A DNA stretch of 64,000 bases. Origin: Callorhinchus milii (lineage: Eukaryota). The translations under genes and the position numbers were made by a program. The stretch is taken from assembly GCF_018977255.1 (NCBI RefSeq), contig NW_024704743.1, forward strand, positions 37,946,001 through 38,010,000, in the 5' to 3' direction. This document shows, piece after piece, positions 1 through 8,779 of the stretch. The stretch's first letter is position 1, and each line of letters begins with the position of its first letter. The notes beneath the pieces are model-generated. The model worked only from the letters and a program-made list of their open reading frames with translations, ran no database searches and had not been told where the DNA came from.

Positions 1-382
1 TTTACCTGCCCCAACCGCAGCGCTTTGGTGGAGAGAATACAAGAAAAGATCATTTCACAATAAATACAGCAAATGCATCTTCCAGTGACGCAGCGAAACA
101 AGGAAACAATTCCAACAGTTGTTTACTTTAGAAATACCCCAAATAGCGAGGATCAACATCTTATAACAAGAACAAAGCATCCACCCCACTGCGTGGCTGT
201 ACAAAGCGAGGCTTGTGTGAATGTTACATAGACCTCGAGGGGGAAGCGAGACACACAGCTACTGAATAGGTGAGTTGAAAGTGGAGTTGAAAGCTCCTAC
301 AAGATATCTTGCTGCTCACCTGCCGAGGTAATAGCAGGCAGGTGCCCTGAGGAGAGGCTGTGTAGTGTATAGTGGCTGTGTA

Positions 383-846
383 GTCACTGGGAGCTGCTGT
401 GGGGAGGCTGCGCAGTGGGTCACTGGGAGCTGCTGTGGAGAGGCTGCGCAGTGGGTCACTGGGAGCTGCTCTGGAGAGGCTGCGCAGTGGGTCACTGGGA
501 ACTGCTGTGGAGAGGCTGCGCAGTGGGTCACTGGGAGCTGCTGTGGGGAGGCTGTGTAGTCACTGGGAGCTGCTCTGGAGAGGCTGCGCAGTGGGTCACT
601 GGGAGCTGCTCTGGAGAGGCTGCGCAGTGGGTCACTGGGAGCTGCTCTGGAGAGGCTGCGCAGTGGGTCACTGGGAACTGCTGTGGGGAGGCTGCGCAGT
701 GGGTCACTGGGAGCTGCTGTGGGGAGGCTGCGCAGTGGGTCACTGGGAGCTGCTCTGGAGAGGCTGCGCAGTGGGTCACTGGGAGCTGCTGTGGAGAGGC
801 TGCGCAGTAGGTCACTGGGAGCTGCTCTGGAGAGGCTGCGCAGTGG
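383..846. repeat. 36-bp minisatellite, 13 copies (one shortened), unit GTCACTGGGAGCTGCTGTGGAGAGGCTGCGCAGTGG
   Basis: Period read directly; it explains the 12-aa repeat ORFs in this interval. Confidence 0.95.
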
Positions 847-1015
847 CCGCTGCGCGCGGACCAGCACAGCGTTCGCTCCGTCTCTCCGCGACGGCGCGGG
901 GCATGCCGGGAGAGCTCGCCGCCAGCCTCGGGGCCGTGCGGCTTCACCGTGACGTCACTGCCATGGCGGCCGCCGGCTGAGGCCGAGACCCCCACAGCAG
1001 CCACAGAGCCAGAGG
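845..1015. promoter_or_regulatory. CpG-rich putative bidirectional promoter and non-coding first exon of ASTE1, with a palindromic CRE
   Basis: High CpG density; GTGACGTCAC at 949-958; + strand donor AGG|GTGAGG at 1015/1016; - strand donor CAG|GTGAGC at 320/319. ASTE1 is head-to-head with NEK11 in mammals. Confidence 0.6.
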
Positions 1016-1020
1016 GTGAG

Positions 1021-1345
1021 GCCGGGCCGGGCCGGGCCAGGCAGGGAGGGGCAGGGCCAGGGAGGGGCAGGGCCAGGCAGGGGGGGCCGGGCCAGGGAGG
1101 GGCAGGGCAGTGAGGGGCAGGGCCAGGCAGGGAGGGGCAGGGCCAGGCCAGGGGGGGGCAGGGCAGTGAGGCGGGCCGGGCCAGGCAGGGAGGGCCAGGC
1201 CAGGGAGGGGCAGGGCCAGGCAGGGGGGGCAGGGCAGTGAGGGGCAGGGCCAGGCAGGGAGGGCCGGGCAGGGCCAGGCAGGGAGGGGCAGGGCCAGGCA
1301 GGGAGGGGCAGGGCCAGGCCAGGCAGGGCCGGGCAGGGCTGGGAG
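1021..1345 (+). repeat. G-rich low-complexity tandem repeat (GGGCAGGGCCAGGCAGGGAG-like), G-quadruplex potential
   Basis: Dense GGG runs directly after the putative exon-1 donor. Confidence 0.9.
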
Positions 1346-1607
1346 GTGGTTGCGGGCTCTTGCCTTGGATTGTGTGGCTGGGTCACGGTTCCGCACACTG
1401 CTGTGGGGTCGGTTGTGTTCGTTCTGTACCGCTTTACGGAATACATCACCGTGTGACTATTTGTAATAGTCTGGGAAAATAATAATAATCATAATGTCAC
1501 TCGCGGCGCCCGATACCGTCGAAACAGTTGCAAAGCACTTTGCAGTTCATTTGGTTGTCAAGTAAGCATGTAGCATCCACTTTAGCACACTGCCAGGTAC
1601 TGCACCA

Positions 1608-1915
1608 CAAACAACAACAACAACAAAATTACATTTGTAAAGCGCCTTTCACGTCGGGAGGACGTTCCCAAGGCGCTTGGACGGACAGAGTTACGGACAC
1701 GAGCTGAGGGTCCGGGTGGGGGGGAAACAGGGACATCGAAAGCACGGTCAAAGAGGAAGGTTTTGAGGTGGGTCTTGAAGGTGGCGAGGGAGGGGGCGAG
1801 GCAGAGGGACTGCGCAGAGTGGCGGAGGACTGCGCAGAGTGGCGGAGGACTGCGCAGAGTGGCGGAGGGACTGCGCAGAGTGGCGGAAGGCCTGCCCGCC
1901 GATACTGGGGTGAGC
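1608..1915 (-). mobile_element. L2-type LINE 3' end with (TTG)n tail; internal ~20-bp tandem repeat x4 at ~1808-1888
   Basis: Same tail as the RT-bearing L2 copies at 47935-48607 and 62584-64000; 'FKTHLKTFLF' C-terminal remnant. Confidence 0.8.
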
Positions 1916-2019
1916 AAGGCGGATTAGTGCAAAATGAGGGCAAACAGCCTAGACTGACACTGTTGGTAAGCACTCTGGCCTCTTAGGCACAAGTCCACTT
2001 TTTGGTCAGGTAGATACCA

Positions 2020-2740
2020 AACATACATAGAAACCCATCACATTGTCTCCTCCCTTCCAGCTCTGTCCTCCTCAACCTCCCTGGCCTCTCTCTCAATCTC
2101 TGAACCTGTGCACAACATTGGCATCCAGTTCAATCCCCAGCTTTCCTTTCTCACATCCAGTCCCTCAACAAGATTGCCATTCTTCACCTCCACCACATTG
2201 CCTGCCTCCGTCTTGTTACTATCTCACACCTAATGTTGCTGTAGCACTCCCATTTAGACTTTTCCAACATAAGCTGCGACTCATCCAAAACTACTGTTTG
2301 CAACCTCACCCACCCCAAACTCCACACGACCAGCAATCCAGTCCTCATCAGTCTTTTGGTTCCCAGCAGATCCATTTCAAGGTCCTCACCTACAAATCTG
2401 TGTATTCCTGGCACATCTTTTATATCTCTTGACAAGTTTCCACTTGTCAGACACCCAGCTGACCCAAAAAAAGGGGATTTAAAGATAAATTAAAAAGGGG
2501 GCAAGCCTGAAGGATTGAGGCAGGGAGCTAGGGGCATAGTAGCTGAAAGCACAACCACTGATGGTGGCCAATGTTGATAAACGATGGGAGGGGGGAAGCA
2601 GAGGAGTGGGGTATGAGCAGATCGGAAAAGTAGGGATGTTCTAGGGCTTGAAGGGGTTTGTACTTGAGGGTGAGGATCTTGAAATCGATCCTTTCAGAGA
2701 CAGTAGAGCCGAGCAAAGATTGGGGGTGATGGGCTTGGTT
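2020..2740. mobile_element. Two degenerate L2 ORF2 fragments in opposite orientation (+ ~2020-2430, - ~2470-2740)
   Basis: Translations 'HKLRLIQN', 'IHFKVLTYK' and 'RIDFKILTLKYK' resemble the L2 ORF2 C-terminus seen elsewhere in the window. Confidence 0.6.
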
Positions 2741-5415
2741 TAGATACTCTTAAGCATAGCGATGACTTTCTACATGTCAGACATTCGAACAATCCCAAAA
2801 CAACTATTTTATACTGTGGTTGGGTGGGTGGATCTAAATTGGGGAGAGACTCATACAGGAATAGTGGTAGAGAAGATGGGAAGCAAGGTCACATTCCAAC
2901 ACCTTCGACAGGGGGGTAGGTTGGAGTAGCAGCATAATATGGGCAATTTTGAGAGAATATTTACTGAAATTTCTGATTTGAGATTTCACATCTAGATGAA
3001 GATAAATATTGAAAATACTTCTTGTACAATTCTAATATTTCTTATTTCACAACCCAAACATTGGATTGGTAATCCTAATTTGACCAATATTTTGAAATAT
3101 GGAAACAAGTTTTAATATTTAAAACGCATTTTCACTTTAATTATATAAAAGAAATACATTTTGCCTAGAAAATGACACTTTACAGTATATCCTGTGAAGG
3201 AGTTAGAGATGCCCTTCCGACATGAAACGTTCCATATCAATTGTAAGGATTATTATACAATGTAGTATTTGTAAATGCTTTTTGCGCTGTTGATTATGTT
3301 TTGTGTCGGAACTTTGTCATTTGCAGACTTGGTCCCGCTCGGACATCCTAGGATATGCACTGCAAAAGTTCAATCTCTCTTTACAGCCTTTAGTATCCCG
3401 GTAATGGTTCCGCATTTAGTTTGAAAGCAGCAAAGTTCACAATTGGCTTTATTCAGTTTTACCTTTTGTTTATTTCTTCTCATAATAAGGGCCGGGAGAG
3501 TCCACACGTTTTGAGAGAAAGGAGGAATAATTATAGCTAGTTAATAAATATAAATAAAAATGTATTTTATTTTCATTTGGGGGGGGGCGGAAGGAAAGAA
3601 GTTGCACATATTTCCCTTCAAAAGCAACTTAAAACGAAAGGGCGGATGAAGACAGAGAAAAAAACCTGAAGAAAGTTGCAACTTCAGCTCTGTCTGCCTG
3701 ATTCTAAAAAGGTGCGTTTGAATTGCAAGTGTGCAGAGTTGTTTATACTCACTTGTGTGTGATTTTGTGTGTTTTAGGTCTGAAACTGCGCTCTAGAGAC
3801 ACAGCCTCACACAAAGCAGTGGGCTGGGGGTGTGCTGTGAGCTGGGCGGGGGGGGTGGTGGCTGTGAGCTGGGGGGGGGTGTGTGGCTGTGAGCTGGGGG
3901 GGGGTGTGGCTGTGAGCTGGGGGGGTGTGGCTGTGAGCTGGGGGGGGTGGCTGTGAGCTGGGGGGGGGGTGTGGCTGTGAGGCTGGGGGGGGGGTGGGCT
4001 GTGAGCTGGGGGGGGGTGTGGCTGTGAGCTGGGGGGGTGGCTGTGAGCTGTGGGGGGGGGGTGTGGCTGTGAGCTGGGGGGGGGGGTGGCTGTGAGCTGG
4101 GGGGGTGTGGCTGTGAGCTGGGGGGTGTGGCTGTGAGCTGGAGGGGGTGTGGCTGTGAGCTGGGGGGGGGTGGCTGTGAGCTGGGGGGGTGGCTGTGAGG
4201 GGGGGGTGTGGCTGTGGGGAGGGGTGTGGCTGTGAGGGGTGTGGCTGTGGGGGAGGGGTGTGGCTGTGGGGAGGGTGTGGCTGTGAGGGAGGGGTGTGGC
4301 TGTGGGGGAGGGGTGTGGCTGTGGGGGGGTGTGGCTGTGAGGGGGGTGTGGCTGTGGGGGGAGGGGTGTGGCTGTGGGCGGAGGGGGTGTGGCTGTGAGG
4401 GGGTGTGGCTGTGGGGGGTGTGGCTGTGAGGGGGTGTGGCTGTGGGGGAGGGGGTGTGGCTGTGGAGGGTGTGGCTGTGGTGGGTGTGGCCTGTGGGGGG
4501 GGTGTGGCTGTGAGGGGGTGTGGGCTGTGGGGGAGGGGTGTGGCTGTGAGGGGGTGTGGCTGTGGGGGGTGGTGTGGCTGGTGGGGAGGGTGTGGCTGTG
4601 AGGGGATGTGCTGTGAGGGGATGTGGCTGTGGGGCTGTGGCTGTGAGGGGGTTGGCTGTGAGGGGTGTGGCTGTGAGGGGGTGTGGCTGTGAGGAGGGGT
4701 GTGGCTGTGAGAGAGGGTTGGCTGTGGGGGAGGGGGGTGTGCTGTGAGGGGGTGTGGCTGTGGGGGAGGGGGTGTGGCTGTGGGGGGGTGTGGCTGTGAG
4801 GGAGGGGTGTGGCTGTGAGGGGTGTGGCTGTGAGGGAGGGTGTGGCTGTGAGGGGTGTGGCTGTGGGGGAGGGGTGTGGCTGTGAGGGGTGTGGCTGTGG
4901 GGGAGGAGTGTGGCTGTGAGGGGGTGTGGCTGTGGGGGAGAGGTGTGGCTGTGAGGGGGTGTGGCTGTGGGGGAGGGGTGTGGCTGTGAGGGGGTGTGGC
5001 TGTGGGGAGGAGTGTGGCTGTGGGGGTGTGGCTGTGGGGGGTGTGGCTGTGAGGGGGTGTGGCTGTGAGGGGGTGTGGCTGTGGGGGAGGGGTGTGGCTG
5101 TGAGGGGTGTGGCTGTGTGGGGGTGTGGCTGTGGGGGAGAGGGTGTGGCTGTGGGGGAGGGGTGTGGCTGTGGAGGTTGTGGCTGTGGGGCTTCCAGAGG
5201 GCCGTTGTCGTAAAGGAGCTGTGACGTGTGTGGAATCCCTCTCGAGGCGCTGACGGGAAGCCCGCGCGCGCCCCTTCCCCACCCTCTCCGGACAGTGACG
5301 AGCGCGAGGTGAGCCCGGCTCTCGAGCCGCAATTTTCAAACGATGCGGCTGGTAACGGCTTTGCGTGCGGCCCTGGCCCTGCCTCTCCCCGCGTCTCTCG
5401 CCGGACCCGGGCCCT
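2699..5415 (+). repeat. Tandem segmental duplication, copy 1 (2717 bp)
   Basis: Starts GACAGTAGAGCCGAGC and ends GGACCCGGGCCCT; near-identical to 5416-8103. Confidence 0.95.
3822..5190 (+). repeat. G-rich minisatellite, core GTGGCTGTG plus variable G-runs; 5' part carries TGAGCTG(n)
   Basis: Read directly; source of the Pro/His/Thr-rich spurious ORFs. Confidence 0.95.
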
Positions 5416-5417
5416 GA
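5343..5417 (+). pseudogene. HSCB: Truncated duplicate of the HSCB 5' end (24 codons, MRLVTALRAALALPLPASLAGPGP*)
   Basis: Matches 8030-8103 except a 1-bp deletion (GGCCCT-GCC vs GGCCCTCGCC); the TGA is formed by the duplication junction. Confidence 0.85.
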
Positions 5418-6539
5418 CAGTAGAGCCGAGCAAAGATTGGGGGTGATGGGCTTGGTTTAGATACTCTTAAGCATAGCGATGACTTTCTACATGTCAGACA
5501 TCCGAACAATCCCAAAACAACTATTTTATACTGTGGTTGGGTGGGTGGATCTAAATTGGGGAGAGACTCATACAGGAATAGTGGTAGAGAAGATGGGAAG
5601 CAAGGTCACATTCCAACACCTTCGACAGGGGGGTAGGTTGGAGTAGCAGCATAATATGGGGCAATTTTGAGAGAATATTTACTGAAATTTCTGATTTGAG
5701 ATTTCACATCTAGATGAAGATAAATATTGAAAATACTTCTTGTACAATTCTAATATTTCTTATTTCACAACCCAAACATTGGATTGGTAATCCTAATTTG
5801 ACCAATATTTTGAAATATGGAAACAAGTTTTAATATTTAAAACGCATTTTCACTTTAATTATATAAAAGAAATACATTTGCCTAGAAAATGACACTTTAC
5901 AGTATATCCTGTGAAGGAGTTAGAGATGCCCTTCCGACATGAAACGTTCCATATCAAATGTAAGGATTATTATACAATGTAGTATTTGTAAATGCTTTTT
6001 GCGCTGTTGATTATGTTTTGTGTCGGAACTTTGTCATTTGCAGACTTGGTCCCGCTCGGACATCCTAGGATATGCACTGCAAAAGTTCAATCTCTCTTTA
6101 CAGCCTTTAGTATCCCGGTAATGGTTCCGCATTTAGTTTGAAAGCAGCAAAGTTCACAATTGGCTTTATTCAGTTTTACCTTTTGTTTATTTCTTCTCAT
6201 AATAAGGGCCGGAGAGTCCACACGTTTTGAGAGAAAGGAGGAATAATTATAGCTAGTTAATAAATATAAATAAAAATGTATTTTATTTTCATTTGGGGGG
6301 GGGCGGAAGGAAAGAAGTTGCACATATTTCCCTTCAAAAGCAACTTAAAACGAAGAGGCGGATGAAGACAGAGAAAAAAAACCTGAAGAAAATTGCAACT
6401 TCAGCTCTGTCTGCCTGATTCTAAAAAGGTGCGTTTGAATTGCAAGTGTGCAGAGTTGTTTATACTCACTTGTGTGTGATTTTGTGTGTTTTAGGTCTGA
6501 AACTGCGCTCTGGAGACACAGCCTCACACAAAGCAGTGG

Positions 6540-7878
6540 GCTGGGGGTGTGGCTGTGAGCTGGGGGGGGGGGTGGCTGTGAGCTGGGGGGGGTGTGGCTG
6601 TGAGCTGGGGGGGTGTGGCTGTGAGTGGGGGGGGTGTGGCTGTGAGCTGGGGGGGGTGGGCTGTGAGCTGGGGGGGGGTGTGGCTGTGGAGCTGGGGGGA
6701 GGTGGCTGTGAGCTGGGGGGGGGTGTGGCTGTGAGCTGGGGGGGGTGGCTGTGAGCTGGGGGGGGTGTGGCTGTGAGCTGGGGGGGGGGGTGGCTGTGAG
6801 CTGGGGGGGTGTGGCTGTGAGCTGGGGGGTGTGGCTGTGAGCTGGAGGGGGGTGTGGCTGTGAGCTGGGGGGTGTGGCTGTGAGCTGGGGGGGGGTGGCT
6901 GTGGGGAGGGGTGTGGCTGTGGGGGAGGGGTGTGGCTGTGGGTGTGTGGCTGTGGGGGAGGGGTGTGGCTGTGGGGGTTGCGGCTGTGGAGGGGTGTGGC
7001 TGTGGGGAGGGGTGTGGCTGTGGGGAGGGGTGTGGCTGTGAGGGGGTGTGGCTGTGGGGGAGGGTGTGGCTGTGGGGGAGGGGGGTGTGGCTGTGAGGGG
7101 TGTGGCTGTGGGGGGGTGTGGCTGTGAGGGGGTGCGGATGTGGGGAGGGGTGTGGCTGTGGGGAGGGGTGTGGCTGTGAGGGGGGTGTGGGCTGTGGAGG
7201 GGTGTGGCTGTGAGGGGTGTGGCTGTGAGGGGTGTGGCTGTAGGGGTGTGGCTGTGGGGAGGTGGTGTGGCTGTGAGGGGGTGTGGCTGTGGGGGTTGCG
7301 GCTGTGGAGGGGTGTGGCTGTGGGGGTGTGGCGTGAGGGGGTGTGGCTGTGAGGGGTGTGGCTGTGAGGGGGGTGTGGCTGTGAGGGGGTGGGCTGTGGG
7401 GAGGGGGTGTGGCTGTGAGGGGGTGTGGCTGTGGGGAGGGGTGTGGCTGTGAGGGGGTGTGGCTGTGGGGGGGGTGTGGCTGTGAGGGGGGTGTGGCTGT
7501 GAGGGGGGGTGTGGCTGTGAGGGGGTGTGGCTGTGAGGGGGTGTGGCTGTGGGGGAGGGGGTGTGGCTGTGAGGGGGTGTGGCTGTGGGGGAGGAGTGTG
7601 GCTGTGAGGGGGTGTGGCTGTGGGGGGGTGTGGCTGTGAGGGGGTGTGGCTGTGGGGGAGGGGGTGTGGCTGTGAGGGGGTGTGGCTGTGGGGGAGGAGT
7701 GTGGCTGTGGAGGGGGTGTGGCTGTGGGGGGGTGTGGCTGTGAGGGGGTGTGGCTGTGAGGGGGTGTGGCTGTGGGGGAGGGGTGTGGCTGTGAGGGGTG
7801 TGGCTGTGGGGGGGTGTGGCTGTGGGGGGGTGTGGCTGTGGGGGAGGGGTGTGGCTGTGGAGGTTGTGGCTGTGGGGC
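6540..7878 (+). repeat. Second copy of the G-rich minisatellite
   Basis: Same two-domain organisation with a different internal unit order. Confidence 0.95.
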
Positions 7879-7935
7879 TTCCAGAGGGCCGTTGTCGTAA
7901 AGGAGCTGTGACGTGTGTGGAATCCCTCTCGAGGC

Positions 7936-8001
7936 GCTGACGGGAAGCCCGCGCGCGCCCCTTCCCCACCCTCTCCGGACAGTGACGAGCGCGAGGTGAG
8001 C
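7936..8001 (+). promoter_or_regulatory. Splice-signal cassette upstream of HSCB: branch point, pyrimidine tract, AG acceptor, 13-nt segment, GT donor
   Basis: GCTGAC ~7936-7941; CCCCTTCCCCACCCTCTCC; CAG| at 7982; GAG|GTGAGC at 7995/7996. Confidence 0.55.
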
Positions 8002-8029
8002 CCGGCTCTCGAGCCGCAATTTTCAAACG

Positions 8030-8779
8030 ATGCGGCTGGTAACGGCTTTGCGTGCGGCCCTGGCCCTCGCCTCTCCCCGCGTCTCTCGCCGGACCCGGGC
8101 CCTCCGCTCGGGGCCGCCCTGCAGCCGACTGCAGCGCCCCCGCCTCGCCCTCCCACTGCTCAGGGCTCTCACGTCCGGCGGCCAAGCCGCGGGCACCGAC
8201 TGTTGGCGCTGCGGGGCCCGTGCGGGGTCGAGCGGTCTCCCCTTCTTCTGCCCGGCGTGCGGGGCCTTACAGCCCCCGGACGAGTCTCGGGACTGGTTCG
8301 CGCTGCTGGGCAGCGAGCGCTCCTTCCGCCTGGATCAGGCCCGGTTGCAGAAGGCCTACAAGGAGCTGCAGCGGCTCCTGCACCCGGACAACTTCAGCCG
8401 CGGGGCCGAGGCGGAGCGGGACTACTCGCACGGCCACTCGGCGCTGGTCAGCGCGGCCTACCAGACCCTGTCGAGGCCGCTGTCGCGCGGCCTGTACCTG
8501 CTGGAGCTGGAGGGGGTGCGGGAGGGGGAAGGCGAGCGGGTCAGCGCCGCTTTCCTGGCCCACGTGCTGGAGCTGAACGAGCGGCTGGCCGAGGCCCGGG
8601 GCCAGGCCGAGGTGGGCCTGGTGGCCGAGCAGCTGGAGGCGGAGCTGGGGCGGCTGGCGGAGAGCGTGGCGCAGGCTTTCGACGGCGGGAGGCTGGGGGA
8701 GGCCGGGCGGCTCCTGTCCGAGATGAGATACCTCTCGAGCATCGAGGATAAGGTGAAGGAGAAGCTGTTCCCCTCCTGA
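8030..8779 (+). CDS. HSCB: Iron-sulfur cluster co-chaperone HscB/HSC20 (DNAJC20), intronless, 249 aa
   Basis: Arg/Leu/Ala-rich mitochondrial presequence; CWRC...FFCPAC tetracysteine motif; J-domain HPD ('LQRLLHPDNFS'); 'AYQTLSRPLSRGLYLL'; C-terminal 'MRYLSSIEDKVKEK'; uninterrupted ORF. Confidence 0.95.
   Translation: MRLVTALRAALALASPRVSRRTRALRSGPPCSRLQRPRLALPLLRALTSGGQAAGTDCWRCGARAGSSGLPFFCPACGALQPPDESRDWFALLGSERSFRLDQARLQKAYKELQRLLHPDNFSRGAEAERDYSHGHSALVSAAYQTLSRPLSRGLYLLELEGVREGEGERVSAAFLAHVLELNERLAEARGQAEVGLVAEQLEAELGRLAESVAQAFDGGRLGEAGRLLSEMRYLSSIEDKVKEKLFPS

Larger units (their letters stand above)
5416..8103 (+). repeat. Tandem segmental duplication, copy 2 (2688 bp), continuous with the intact HSCB ORF
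   Basis: Head-to-tail with copy 1; a few substitutions and homopolymer indels in the unique part. Confidence 0.95.

Noticed and set aside
1..320. NEK11 coding exon
   Set aside because: Only donor-like motifs (at 6/5 and 320/319) are seen; no kinase-like translation was recognised.
316..1482. Repetitive ORFs, and the CRISPR-like look of the 36-bp repeat
   Set aside because: Units are contiguous with no unique spacers, there are no cas genes, the context is eukaryotic, and the ORFs are repeat artefacts.
3747..3780. Isolated splice-like motifs in the duplicated unique segment (minus AA|GTGAGT, plus TTTTAG|G)
   Set aside because: No matching partner site or ORF could be assigned; such motifs occur by chance.
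3749..8185. 500-600 aa Pro/His/Thr-rich minus-strand ORFs and Gly/Cys/Val-rich plus-strand ORFs
   Set aside because: Translations of a stop-poor minisatellite, open in several frames at once, with no domain content.
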